Shown: positions 50,101 to 60,554 of the stretch, piece after piece | Numbering within the stretch: the stretch's first letter is position 1 | Layout of the letters: each line of letters starts with the position of its first letter | DNA from: a bacterium | Lineage (GTDB): Bacteria; UBA8248; JACPRG01; G963555815 | Assembly (NCBI GenBank): GCA_963555815.3 | Contig: CAUVWX020000001.1 | Location: 512,001-576,000 of the forward strand | Direction: 5' to 3' | Length of the DNA stretch: 64,000 nt | Program-made: the position numbers and the translations under genes | Notes under the pieces: generated by a model | The model's database searches: none | What the model saw: the letters and a program-made list of their open reading frames with translations, nothing else | What the model was told of the DNA's origin: nothing

Positions 50101-50586
50101 ATGCAGGCAGCTGTCTATCCAGGGACTTTCGACCCTTTCACCAACGGTCACTTGGACATCATCCATCGCTCGGCTCGGATGTTTGACCGCGTGATCGTCT
50201 GCGTCGCCAAGAATCTCAAAAAGCCCCCCTTTTTCTCCATCGAGGAGCGCGTGGGGTTCATCCGCGAGGCCTTGGCAGGGGTTTCGTCGGTTTCGGTGGA
50301 GCCCTTTGACAGCCTCCTGGTGAAATTTGCACGGGACCAGGGGGCGAACGTCATCGTCCGGGGGCTTCGAGCCGTCTCTGACTTTGAGTATGAATTCCAG
50401 ATGGCCCTGATGAACCGAAGCCTCGACAACGAGGTGGAAACGGTCTTCTTGGCACCCCGTCAGGAGTATTCCTACCTCAGCAGCGCCATCGTCAAGGAGG
50501 TGGCCCAGTACGGGGGCGACGTCTCGGGCCTGGTGCCTGCGGCCGTGGAGAAGGCCCTGAAGAAGAAGTTTTCGCCCCGCAGATGA
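50101..50586 (+). CDS. coaD: phosphopantetheine adenylyltransferase
   Basis: YPGTFDPFTNGH and RGLRAVSDFEYE motifs. Confidence 0.97.
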   Translation: MQAAVYPGTFDPFTNGHLDIIHRSARMFDRVIVCVAKNLKKPPFFSIEERVGFIREALAGVSSVSVEPFDSLLVKFARDQGANVIVRGLRAVSDFEYEFQMALMNRSLDNEVETVFLAPRQEYSYLSSAIVKEVAQYGGDVSGLVPAAVEKALKKKFSPRR

Positions 50587-50662
50587 AGGCCCCCAGTCCT
50601 CCCCTGTGAGGCGTTTCGGAAGGGGATGGGGGGCCAAGCTGAGATGGAGATTAACCGGAAAG

Positions 50663-50839
50663 ATGCTCTACTACATCGGACGGGCGATGCAGGTAGTGGC
50701 GCTGCTGCAGGTTGGGACCGCTTTGTTTATCGGAGTGACCCGGGAAGGGGCGGTCAGATACGAGCTTCAGTGGCTGGGGATCGGCGTGGCCATCTTTCTG
50801 ACAGGCAAGCTGCTTGAGCGAAAGGGGGCATCGGGATGA
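50663..50839 (+). CDS. small 2-TM membrane protein
   Basis: MLYYIGRAMQVVALL...; stop overlaps the next ATG. Confidence 0.6.
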   Translation: MLYYIGRAMQVVALLQVGTALFIGVTREGAVRYELQWLGIGVAIFLTGKLLERKGASG

Positions 50840-51999
50840 AGGACGGTCGCTATGACTGCATCGTGGTCGGGGCGGGACCGGCAGGTTCTACAGCCGCAAG
50901 GAGGCTGGCCCAACGGGGATGGGAGGTTCTCCTCTTGGAGCGGGATGCCCTAGATCGCCGAAAGGCCTGCGCCGGAGGTATCAGCCCCAGGGCCTTGCGC
51001 GGCCTCGATTTCAGCATCGAGTCCGTCCTAGAGCATACCGTTGGCATGTACCAGTTCTCCTATAAGGCCCGCTCTTTCCTCAAGGGCAAGCCCATTGATC
51101 TCGCCATCCACATGGTCCGCCGCTGCCGGTTCGACGCGCTTCTCGCTCAGAAGGCCGCCGAGGCGGGGGCAAGGGTGTTGGCCCACTCTCCCGTCGAGGA
51201 GGTGCACGAAGAGGCGAAGGGCGTCTGGGTGCGGTGCGGAGAGAAGAGGTACCGAGGGGCGGCCCTCATCGGGGCCGACGGGGGCCGGGGGATTGTGGCC
51301 AAGACTCTTGGCCTCACCAAGGGCCTTCGACGGGGTCTCGCCATTGAGGCAGAAGTCCAGGTCCCACCAGAAGCCCTCGGACTCGCTCAAAAGGCCATCC
51401 ACTTCGATCTCGGCGCCCTCCCCCGGGGCTACCGTTGGATCTTCCCTAAAGGGGACCATCTCAACATCGGGGCCATCACCACCCTCGACCGCGTGGGGGG
51501 CCTGAAGGCCTCTCTCATGGATTACCTCCAGAATCATCCCCTGCTTCGAGAGAATTCGAATCTCAGCATAACGGGTGCTTCCGTCCCTCTCCGATCGAGT
51601 CATGCCCCGCTGAACACTTCCCGGGCCATCGTCTGTGGAGACGCCGCGGGCCTCATCGATCCCCTCACGGGCGAGGGGATCCAGTACGCCATCGAGACGG
51701 GGAACCTGGGGGCAGAGGTCGTAGATGGCTTCCTGAAGAGGGGAGAGTCCCTAGAGGCCTACAGCCGCCACATCGGTCAGACAGTCATCACCGAGCTCAC
51801 CTTTGCCGACCGGTTCGCCCGCCTCCTCCTGGACCACCCATACATCTGCTATCTCACGGGCGTGAGGAGCCAGCGGGTGATGAACCTTCTGGCCGACATG
51901 GCCTCGGGACGAAAGACCTACTCCCAGATCTACCGGGAGACCCGCAAGAGGTTCGCCTGGCGCTTCCAAAGGCTCATCTTCGAGGGGATCGGGATCTAA
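50836..51999 (+). CDS. geranylgeranyl reductase family FAD oxidoreductase
   Basis: VGAGPAG, KACAGG, GYRWIFPKG and GDAAG..DPLTGEGI motifs. Confidence 0.9.
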   Translation: MKDGRYDCIVVGAGPAGSTAARRLAQRGWEVLLLERDALDRRKACAGGISPRALRGLDFSIESVLEHTVGMYQFSYKARSFLKGKPIDLAIHMVRRCRFDALLAQKAAEAGARVLAHSPVEEVHEEAKGVWVRCGEKRYRGAALIGADGGRGIVAKTLGLTKGLRRGLAIEAEVQVPPEALGLAQKAIHFDLGALPRGYRWIFPKGDHLNIGAITTLDRVGGLKASLMDYLQNHPLLRENSNLSITGASVPLRSSHAPLNTSRAIVCGDAAGLIDPLTGEGIQYAIETGNLGAEVVDGFLKRGESLEAYSRHIGQTVITELTFADRFARLLLDHPYICYLTGVRSQRVMNLLADMASGRKTYSQIYRETRKRFAWRFQRLIFEGIGI

Positions 52000-52051
52000 G
52001 CAGGGCTTCGCCACAAATCCTTCGCCCCCTGTATAACGCCAGAGCAGTTTC

Positions 52052-53752
52052 TTAGGAAATTCCCAGGATCTCCCGGGCGTGACGGCGGGTCGTCTCTGTG
52101 ACGGCCTTCCCTCCCGACATCCTCGCGATCTCCTCGACACGATCTTCCAGGGTGAGAGACCGCACCTCGGTCCTCGTCCGACCCCTTGAGGGCGCCTTTG
52201 AGATGAGGAAGTGGTGGTCAGCCAGAGCGGCGATCTGGGGGAGGTGGGTGATGCAGAAGACCTGGCGGCCCCGGGAGGTGCCCTTGAGTTTTTGGCCGAC
52301 CACCTCGGCGACGGCCCCGCCGATGCCGGCGTCCACCTCGTCAAAGACGAGCGTGGGGACCTGATCCCGATCCGCCAGAACCGCCTTGACGGCAAGCATC
52401 ACGCGGGAGAGCTCCCCTCCCGAGGCGATCCGAGAAAGGGGCCGAAGCCCCTCGCCGGGATTGGGCTCGAACTGAAACTCGACCCGGTCAATCCCCTCCT
52501 CCGAGAGGCGAAGCCTTTTTCCATCCCGCTCGACGAAGCTCTCCGGGTCCTCTTCCTCCCACAGGGGCACCTCAAAGGAGACCCGCTTCATCCCGAGGGT
52601 CTGGATCTCCCTCTCGATGGACTTGGAGAGGTGGAGGGCACCCTCGCGCCTCACCTTAGAGAGGAGAAGGGCCTCCTTTGCCACCTTCGACCGAAGGGTG
52701 TCAAGGGCCCGGGTGGTCTCGGCGAGTGTCTCCTCGCGCCGGGACAGGGACTCCAGCTCCTGCTGGGCTTCTTGCTGAACGGTCAACACGGAATCCAGGG
52801 ACCCGCCATATTTCTTCTTCAGCGTCCGAAGGAGGTGGAGACGCTCTTCAGCCTGCTGAAGGCGTTCGGAGTTCGCCTCGACGCGTTCGGCGTAGTCCCG
52901 GAGCCCACGGGCCAACTCTTCCACCTGGAGGAGGGCTTCTTTCCCCTCCTGCGCTGCCCCCGCCTGCTCCGGGTCGATCTCGCCAAGACGCGCCAGGAGC
53001 CCTGTCAAGGAGGCGAGCCGTTCGGTGACGGAACCCTCTGAGCTATAGAGCGCCTCAAAGACCTCTTGAGCGAGCTGCCGTCTCTCTTCAGCATGAGAGA
53101 GGAGGCGGATCTCGGCCTCGAGGGTCTCCTCTTCCCCGGCGAGGACACGGGCCCCTTCGATCTCCCGGACCTGGAATTCAAGAAGTTCTATCCGACTCTG
53201 TTGGTGGGCCTCCTCCTGCTCAAGCTCTCTCTTTCTGGCCTCCAGCGCCCGGACCTCGCGGACCCCTTCGGCCAGGGCCCCTCGCTTCCCCTCCAGGCCA
53301 GCGAAGGCATCGAGGACCTCCAGATGGTTCTCCGGGTGGAGGAGGCGCTGGTGTTGGTGCTGGCCATGGATGTCGACGAGGAATTCCCCGATCTTGTCGA
53401 GCATTCCCACCGTGGCGGGGGCCCCGTTGACGTAGCAGCGGTTTTTCCCCTCTGAGGAGACGACCCGACGCAGGAGGAGATCGGCCCCCTCGGTGGAGAG
53501 GCCAAGGGCGGCGGCGCGCTGAAGGGCGTATGCATCCTCCTTCAGCGAAAAGAGGCCCGAGACCTCGGCATCCCGGGCACCCTTTCGGATGAAGTCTGAA
53601 GAGGCCCGGCCCCCCAGCAAGAGGTGAAGGCCCTGGAAGATGATGGACTTTCCAGCCCCTGTCTCCCCCGTCAGGACATTGAGGCCCCGGCCAAATTCAA
53701 CCGAGAGATCTTCGATGAGGGCGAAGTTTCGGATGTGAAGGGAGCTCAGCAT
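52052..53752 (-). CDS. recN: DNA repair protein RecN
   Basis: TGETGAGKS, SGGELSR, FDEVDAG and THLPQIA motifs. Confidence 0.96.
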   Translation of the reverse strand: MLSSLHIRNFALIEDLSVEFGRGLNVLTGETGAGKSIIFQGLHLLLGGRASSDFIRKGARDAEVSGLFSLKEDAYALQRAAALGLSTEGADLLLRRVVSSEGKNRCYVNGAPATVGMLDKIGEFLVDIHGQHQHQRLLHPENHLEVLDAFAGLEGKRGALAEGVREVRALEARKRELEQEEAHQQSRIELLEFQVREIEGARVLAGEEETLEAEIRLLSHAEERRQLAQEVFEALYSSEGSVTERLASLTGLLARLGEIDPEQAGAAQEGKEALLQVEELARGLRDYAERVEANSERLQQAEERLHLLRTLKKKYGGSLDSVLTVQQEAQQELESLSRREETLAETTRALDTLRSKVAKEALLLSKVRREGALHLSKSIEREIQTLGMKRVSFEVPLWEEEDPESFVERDGKRLRLSEEGIDRVEFQFEPNPGEGLRPLSRIASGGELSRVMLAVKAVLADRDQVPTLVFDEVDAGIGGAVAEVVGQKLKGTSRGRQVFCITHLPQIAALADHHFLISKAPSRGRTRTEVRSLTLEDRVEEIARMSGGKAVTETTRRHAREILGIS

Positions 53753-53768
53753 GGGCGGGCCCCCACAC

Positions 53769-54653
53769 TCATGGGTCGACCTCGGCGCTCCTCTCGCCCG
53801 GTCGCGCCCCCCAGCCGAGCTTGCTTCGAAGGAGGTGGAAAAAATCTTTCTGGTGAGCCTTGATGAGGCGAAGCGTATGCGGGCTCTTTTTGACCTCCAC
53901 CACGTCGCAGTGCTGGAGGGGAAAGCCCGCCTGCCCATCAAGCGTCACGTGGACGTCCTCGTCCGGGGTCGTCAGGACCACCTCAATCCGGGCGCTTTCG
54001 GGAAGGACCAGAGCGCGGTTCGAGATGGTGAAGGGGCAGATGGGGTTCACGAGGAGGGCTGGGAGCGTGGGGTGAATAATGGGACCCCCTGCCGCGAGGG
54101 AGTAGGCAGTTGAGCCGGTGGGGGTCGAGATAATGAGGCCGTCGGCCCTGTAAGAGGTCACATATTTTCCGTCGACATATGCCTCCAGTTCCACAATCCT
54201 GGCCAGGGCCCCCTTGTTGATCACCACGTCGTTCAGGACCACATATTCTGCGACCCGTTTCCCACTCCGGTGGATGTGAGCGACCAGCGTCAAGCGCTCC
54301 TCTATCTCGTATTTTCCCTTGAGGACTTCCTCCAGCGCCGGGTAAAGCTCTGTGAGCGTCACCTCCGTGAGAAATCCCAAAGAGCCCAAGTTGACCCCCA
54401 GGATGGGAACCTGAAGGCCGTCCACGTGCCGGGCGACACTCAGCATGGTCCCGTCTCCCCCGAGGACGATGAGCATCTCCACTAAGAAAGGAAGGTCCTG
54501 CCGCTCATGGGAAGAGGAGAGGTCATTGAGGGCCGCCGTCTCACGGTCCATGTAGACCGTGCTCCCCCGAGCCTCAAGCCACCCCGTGAGCTCGTGGACG
54601 ACGGCCTGGGCTCTTTCCTTTTGGGGCTTGCAGATGACGCCGATCTTCTTCAT
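53769..54653 (-). CDS. nadK: NAD(+) kinase
   Basis: GGDGT, ND and TPTGSTAYSLAAGGP motifs. Confidence 0.96.
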   Translation of the reverse strand: MKKIGVICKPQKERAQAVVHELTGWLEARGSTVYMDRETAALNDLSSSHERQDLPFLVEMLIVLGGDGTMLSVARHVDGLQVPILGVNLGSLGFLTEVTLTELYPALEEVLKGKYEIEERLTLVAHIHRSGKRVAEYVVLNDVVINKGALARIVELEAYVDGKYVTSYRADGLIISTPTGSTAYSLAAGGPIIHPTLPALLVNPICPFTISNRALVLPESARIEVVLTTPDEDVHVTLDGQAGFPLQHCDVVEVKKSPHTLRLIKAHQKDFFHLLRSKLGWGARPGERSAEVDP

Positions 54654-54694
54654 AGACGTTGGGAGACCTCCCACCACTGGCTTCAGCCCCTAGA

Positions 54695-55972
54695 TTAACC
54701 CTTCCCGGGCTCCTCTGGAAACGGCAAGAGAGACTCCTCTGAGAAGGCCGACTCCTCAAGTTGCTCTCCGGTCAGACGGACAACCGCCCCGGAATACCGG
54801 TTCAGGTGACGTTGGGCCTTGGAAAATGCCTCCTGCGCCTTGTCCAGGCCCTTGCCAACCTCCCCGAACTTCTGCTCAAAGTGGCCGAAGTGTCGCTGGG
54901 CCTTTTGGACCTCCTCGATGGTCTTTTCCACGCCTCTGGCCATTTCATAGTAATCATGGGCCACCGCGATCCCACGAAGCGTAATGGCGAGTGTGTTCGG
55001 AGAGACGGGGAAGACGCGCTTCTTTGAGAGGTTCTCATAGAGCGCTCCATCGCGGATGGCCTCAAAGTAGAGCGTCTCGCTCGGCAAGAACATGAGGGCC
55101 ATGTCCATGCTCCCCGTGTCGGTCCGGATGTATTCACTGATCCGAGCGGCTTCCCGCTTGAGGAGTTTCCCGAAGGTCTTTCGCGCTTCAGCGAGCGCTT
55201 CTGGATCCCCCGTCTCAAAGAGGGCCAGGATCTGCTCGCGGGGGAACTTACTGTCGATGGGGAGGCTCGCCCTGGGGAACTTGACCAGGGCATCTACCCT
55301 GCCGCCCCCCTCCACTCCCGCCTGAAGCTCATACATATGACTGGGGAGGAAATCGGACAAAAGCCGCTCCAGCGTGGCCTCCCCAAACCCCCCTCGGAGG
55401 TGGGGGAGCTTGAGGAGATTGTTCAGCTCGTTGATGGAGGTCCCGACGGCTCCAACACTCTGGAGCTGGGCCTCGGCAGCCTTGAGATGTTCCTGAACCT
55501 TTTCAAAATGCTTAAATCCTTCCTGAATATTTTGATCCAACTTCGTCTGAACCTTCTGCCCGATCTCACTCAGGCGCTCATCGACCTTGGTTCGGATGGC
55601 CTCGAGTTGCCTCTTGCTTCCCTCCTCGAGGTCCTTGAACTTCCGCTCCAGAGACTCGGTGGTCCGAGAGAGCCCTTCCTGGGACTCACGCCGGCCCTGG
55701 GAGAGCTGCTCCTCGACCCGTTTCTCAAGGTTCAAAAACCCCTTCGAGAGGCGGTCTGAGATCTCCTGTCTGAGGTCACCCGAGCTTCTCGCGATCCGCT
55801 CCGCCAGATCCGCCGTCTGTCTTTGTAAGGCCTCCCCCACCTTCTGCCCTGAGAGGATATCAATCCCCCCCGACAGACCCCCGCTGTCCCCAGAGCCCCT
55901 CAGCCTCCAGAGGATGAAAAGCCCCAGGGCCAGCGTCAGGAGAAAGCCTGCGATGAGGATGAATAGCTCCAT
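54695..55972 (-). CDS. rmuC: DNA recombination protein RmuC family
   Basis: N-terminal TM plus coiled coil; RGGFGE, PIDSKFP, MFLPSE and VSPNT motifs. Confidence 0.88.
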   Translation of the reverse strand: MELFILIAGFLLTLALGLFILWRLRGSGDSGGLSGGIDILSGQKVGEALQRQTADLAERIARSSGDLRQEISDRLSKGFLNLEKRVEEQLSQGRRESQEGLSRTTESLERKFKDLEEGSKRQLEAIRTKVDERLSEIGQKVQTKLDQNIQEGFKHFEKVQEHLKAAEAQLQSVGAVGTSINELNNLLKLPHLRGGFGEATLERLLSDFLPSHMYELQAGVEGGGRVDALVKFPRASLPIDSKFPREQILALFETGDPEALAEARKTFGKLLKREAARISEYIRTDTGSMDMALMFLPSETLYFEAIRDGALYENLSKKRVFPVSPNTLAITLRGIAVAHDYYEMARGVEKTIEEVQKAQRHFGHFEQKFGEVGKGLDKAQEAFSKAQRHLNRYSGAVVRLTGEQLEESAFSEESLLPFPEEPGKG

Positions 55973-56187
55973 GAACTCGCCTGAGATTTAGAACCGCCTT
56001 TCTACGAGGGCTGAGATTTCATGGAAGGCCAAATAATTCAATGGGTTGATTTACTCCAGGCCCCCTTGGCTGCGGGTTTTCTCCCCGTTGAAGTATCCTA
56101 CTTTTTCTCGCCCTTTAATTCAATTTAGAGAAGAAGAGCGTGGGAACAAGTCCACGAGGTGAAACATTTTTGGGACCACGTCGTGAT

Positions 56188-57558
56188 TCATCCAGATCGG
56201 GGGTTTTTCCCATCCGGGCGTTCCGCCTCATAGGCCTCGGCCAGGAGCTCGACCGGGTGCACCACCCGGACGGAGAGGCCCCGGCGTCTAAGCCCGCCCG
56301 CGATCTGAATGAGACAGCCCGGGTTTCCCATCGCCACGACGGGCGCCTCTGTCTCCTCGATATGCCTCACCTTTCGCTCTAGAAGACGCTCAGCCATTTC
56401 GGGCTCGGTGAGGTTGTACGTGCCTGCGCTCCCGCAGCAGACATCGGTCTCGGAGAGCTCCACAAGTGTTAGGCCGGGAAGGCTCCTCAAAATGTCCCGG
56501 GGAGGACGTCGCACCTTCTGAGCGTGGACCAGGTGGCAGGCCTCGTGATAGGTCACGCGAAGATTTAAAATGCCCCTGGGACTTCGAAACCCCTGGCTGA
56601 CAAGAAATTCGGAGATGTCCCGGACTTTCTCGGAAAAGCGCTCTGCCCGTTCCCGGTAGCCGGGCTCTACCTTCAGAAGTTCTCCATACTCCTTCATGAA
56701 GGAACTGCAACCGGCCGAATTGGTGATGACAAATTTTGCCCCTGACGCCAGGAAGCTGTCGATATTCTTGCGGGCAAGGCGCCTGGCCGTTTCTCGGTCT
56801 CCTGAATGGCCGTGCAGGGCCCCGCAACAAATCTGGGCCTCCGGGACGAGGACGGAATAGCCGTTTTCAGCCAGGACCTAAATGGTGGCTCGGTGGATAT
56901 GGCTGAAGGCGAGGCTCATGACGCAACCTGTCTGGAGGGCGACAGGGGGTTTTCGGGTCCCGGTGTCCCCAGCCCCTTTCCCGACCTCTCTTCGAAGGGC
57001 CCGGGAAGAAATGGGCGGCATCATGGCCTCCAAATCCAGAAGCTGCTTTGGAACGAGTCTGAAGAAACCCGAAGCTTTTAGGAAGTTTCGGAGTCCGCTT
57101 CGCCGGTAGAAATCAAGGAGCACGGCCACTTTCGAGAGACGGGTCGGATGGGGGAGGAGGTGGCGGAGGGCCATCCGGCGTAGCCACCCGTATCCCGATC
57201 CCGACCCCCTCGCCTTCTCCACTCCCACCCTTGCCACCTCGATAAGACGCCCATACTGGACCCCCGATGGACAGGCCGTCTCGCAGGCCCGGCACCCCAG
57301 GCACAGGTCGAGATGGCGCTGGACGATGGGGGTATAACCGATGAGCCCCTCCGCCACGCCCCGCATGAGGTAGATCCGGCCCCGGGGGGAATCAAGCTCG
57401 TTGCCAAGCTCCATATAGGTGGGACAGGCGGGCAGACAGAGACCACAGTGAATGCAGTCCGTCAGGAGGTCCATAGAGAGGACGTCGGGCCCTTCACTCG
57501 GCCAAAGATTTTCACGCTCAGGGTCCCTCACGCCGGTTCCCTGGACTGTCGGATTCAT
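56188..57558 (-). CDS. glcF: glycolate oxidase Fe-S subunit with one in-frame TAG (56878-56880); pseudogene or readthrough
   Basis: CIHCGLC and CLGCRAC ferredoxin motifs; after ...RATI-TAG the frame continues VLAENG...QICCGAL...NSAGC and joins ORF 56188..56697 (YHEACH, CCGSAG). Confidence 0.85.
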
Positions 57559-57574
57559 CCTCTCTCGAGCCTCC

Positions 57575-58948
57575 TCAGATCCAACCCAAAAACCGACCCG
57601 GATTGAATAGCCCCCCCGAGTCCAGGGCGGCCTTTGCCCGACGCATGAGCTCCAGATTCAGGGCGGGCACAGAAACCTCGTCCCAGAGGTCGAGGGTCTC
57701 CTTCAGACGCGAATCCATCGTCTCCAGGATAGCATGGCCCCCCACCTCCCGGACCGCCCCCCGGACCCTCGCCACCATGTCCCGGACCCGCTCAGTGGGC
57801 AGCGCCCCTCTCTCTCGCCCAAACCAGACCCGGACGACCCCGCTTCCTGCGTGAGCCTGAAAGCGCCCTTCAAGACCCTCGTATCGAAGGGGTCTCCCCT
57901 CCTCCAAGACCCTCTCGATGGCCCAGCCCACCCGGGTCAGAGGGACCATCAGCCTGAGGAGGAAACCTCCCTGCTGGACTGGCGAGAGCGAGGAATCTTG
58001 GAGGGAAAAGAATCTTCTCGCCAGAGTGGCATCCTGGTCTTTGAGTCGAATGAAAACCTCAGCCCCGGCCTGGCGAAGAAGAGATTCTGCCCGGTCCTGC
58101 TGCCCCTCCACCTCCGCTCGGTTTCCTGAAAACCCAACCCCGAGGACATGGGGAAATTTTTCAAGTTTTTCAAGAGGGAGGTTCAGCCCCTTCTCGCTAA
58201 AAAATTCTCCCTGGAGCCATTCCAGATAGATGGGCAAAAACCTTGCGCCCAAGAGGGCTTCTAGTCCTGCTTGGGCCTTTTCGGACTCCCCGAAGCCCGC
58301 CAGGAGGGACCCTTCCCCTGCGGCCTGAGAGTGGAGCTTGAAGGTGATCTCTGACATCACGCCCAAGATACCGAGAGAGCCAATGTAAAGTTTATTGAGG
58401 TCGTACCCGGCAACGCTCTTGACCACGCGGGCCCCAAAGGTGATGGGCCTTCCGTCGGCAAGCAGGACCCGCATTCCCAGGATGAGGTCCCGCGGGGCCC
58501 CGAATCCCAGGCGAAGGGGGCCGCTTGCGTTGGTGGCCGCTATTCCGCCCAAGGTCGCCGAGTCCCCCTCGGGTGGGTCGACGGGAAGGTGCTGTTGATG
58601 TTCTTGCAGAAAGGCGTTCAACTCACCCAGGGTCGTGCCCGCTCTCGCCGTGATGACAAAATCGGCCTCTTGGTACTCGACGACGCCCGAAAGGCGCCGG
58701 GTCCCAATCACCCAGTCGAGGCGCGAAGGCCAGTAGCCCAGGTGCTGCATGGTCCCGCCACCCCAGGGGACGAGGGCCTTCCCCTCGGCGCTGGCCAGAC
58801 GGAGGATGGAGGAGAGCTCTCCCTCATCCGCCGGGAATAGAACGGCCTCCGGCCTCATTCCACCGAGGGCGTAGGGCTCCATTCCCGCGCCGTCCTGGAC
58901 GCCCCCGGGCCCTAAAATATCCCGGACCTGTTGAAGGGCTTGCCCCAT
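57575..58948 (-). CDS. glcE: glycolate oxidase FAD-binding subunit
   Basis: ATLGG...NASGP, VVKSVAGYDL.KL and FNPGR motifs. Confidence 0.88.
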   Translation of the reverse strand: MGQALQQVRDILGPGGVQDGAGMEPYALGGMRPEAVLFPADEGELSSILRLASAEGKALVPWGGGTMQHLGYWPSRLDWVIGTRRLSGVVEYQEADFVITARAGTTLGELNAFLQEHQQHLPVDPPEGDSATLGGIAATNASGPLRLGFGAPRDLILGMRVLLADGRPITFGARVVKSVAGYDLNKLYIGSLGILGVMSEITFKLHSQAAGEGSLLAGFGESEKAQAGLEALLGARFLPIYLEWLQGEFFSEKGLNLPLEKLEKFPHVLGVGFSGNRAEVEGQQDRAESLLRQAGAEVFIRLKDQDATLARRFFSLQDSSLSPVQQGGFLLRLMVPLTRVGWAIERVLEEGRPLRYEGLEGRFQAHAGSGVVRVWFGRERGALPTERVRDMVARVRGAVREVGGHAILETMDSRLKETLDLWDEVSVPALNLELMRRAKAALDSGGLFNPGRFLGWI

Positions 58949-59029
58949 GCAGGCTTTCCTACGAGGGGGTAGATATCAGGACCGTGAATCCTGGACGGCT
59001 TAAAACGCCCGTCGGCAAGGGGGCTTATC

Positions 59030-60475
59030 TCAGATCCAGAGGCCGGCCGGAACCCGCCTCCTGCCAGCCTTTACCTCGCCGCAGCGCCCAGGGGTGGGAA
59101 AGATCTTGGCCGGATTGCAAATCCCACCGGGGTCGAAGACGGCCTTCACTCTCTTCATGGTCTCGATAGCGTCTTCGCTGAATTGGGAGGGAAGATCTAC
59201 CATCTTTTCCACGCCGATCCCATGCTCACCCGTGAGAGAGCCGCCGAGCTCGACACACATCTGAAGGATCTCAGAACCGGCCCGAATTGTCTTCTCCGTC
59301 TCGCCCGGGTTTCGCTCATCAAAGAGGATGATGGGGTGGAGGTTTCCGTCCCCCGCGTGGAAGACATTGGCGATAGTGAGTCCGTGCTTTTCGCCGATGG
59401 TTTCTATCCGCCGAATGGCCTCGGCGATCCGGCTCCTGGGGACCGTCCCGTCGAGGCAGTAGAGATTGGGGCTCAGCTGCCCGAAGGCGCCGAAGGCCAT
59501 CTTCCGGCCGGCCCAAAGCCGCGTTCGCTCTTCCTGGGTCTGGGCTACCCGGAACTCCGTTGCGTCATTCATCCGACAGGCCCTTTCGATCTCCTGGACC
59601 CCTTCCTCCATGCCCGCCACCGGACCATCGAGCTCGATGAGGAGGACGGCCGTCGCGGTCTGGGGAAACCCGCTCTCCAGAGTCTTTTGCACCGCCCGGA
59701 TGGTGTGGCGATCGATCATCTCCAGGGCCGCCGGGATAATGCCGTTGGCGATGATGTCGGAGACGCTCTGGCAGGCCGAGTCCATGGAGTTGAATACCGC
59801 AAGCATGGTTTTTGTCCCCTCGGGAAGCGGGAGGAGCCGGACCGTGAGCTGGGTGATGATGCCGAGGATCCCCTCCGAGCCGATGATCACACCCCGAAGG
59901 TCCAGGCCCGGGACGTCTTCCACACTGCCCCCCAGCCTGGCCACCTCGCCATTTGGGAGGACCATTTCGATCCCCAGAACGTGGTTCGTCGTCACCCCGT
60001 ACTTCAGACAGTGGGGGCCCCCTGAATTCTCCGCCGCATTCCCGCCGAGGGTGCACGCCATCTGGCTGGAAGGGTCCGGGGCATAGTAATAACCCATGGG
60101 GCCGACGGCCTCAGAGAGATGGAGGTTGACCACACCGGGCTGCACCACCGCCCGCCGGTTCGCAACGTCCACCGCGAGGATGCGATTCATTCGGGAAAAG
60201 CCGATGAGGATACCCTCTTCCGAAGGGAGCGCCCCCCCGCTGAGGCCCGTCCCAGCGCCCCGGGCCACAAAAGGAATATCCATCCCGGCAGCCAGCTTGA
60301 CGACCTCAACCACTTCTTCTGTCGTGGCCGGGAGGACTACCGCAATCGGAAGGGTTCGATAAATGGTGAGGGCGTCGCACTCATAGACCAGAACCTCCTC
60401 CTTCTCAGAGAGGACATGCTCTCTGCCCAGGACGGACCGAAGGCCCTGGACCAGCTCCTCCTTACGGGCGTTCAT
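59030..60475 (-). CDS. glcD: glycolate oxidase FAD-linked subunit
   Basis: RGAGTGLSGG, PDPSS, HAGDGNLH and GEHGIG motifs. Confidence 0.92.
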   Translation of the reverse strand: MNARKEELVQGLRSVLGREHVLSEKEEVLVYECDALTIYRTLPIAVVLPATTEEVVEVVKLAAGMDIPFVARGAGTGLSGGALPSEEGILIGFSRMNRILAVDVANRRAVVQPGVVNLHLSEAVGPMGYYYAPDPSSQMACTLGGNAAENSGGPHCLKYGVTTNHVLGIEMVLPNGEVARLGGSVEDVPGLDLRGVIIGSEGILGIITQLTVRLLPLPEGTKTMLAVFNSMDSACQSVSDIIANGIIPAALEMIDRHTIRAVQKTLESGFPQTATAVLLIELDGPVAGMEEGVQEIERACRMNDATEFRVAQTQEERTRLWAGRKMAFGAFGQLSPNLYCLDGTVPRSRIAEAIRRIETIGEKHGLTIANVFHAGDGNLHPIILFDERNPGETEKTIRAGSEILQMCVELGGSLTGEHGIGVEKMVDLPSQFSEDAIETMKRVKAVFDPGGICNPAKIFPTPGRCGEVKAGRRRVPAGLWI

Positions 60476-60554
60476 GGGTTCTCTGCGGCTCAAGAGGGAT
60501 AATGGTGGCTTCTAAACGTCTCAATGGCGTCGTTGCCAGAAGGAAACAATACGA

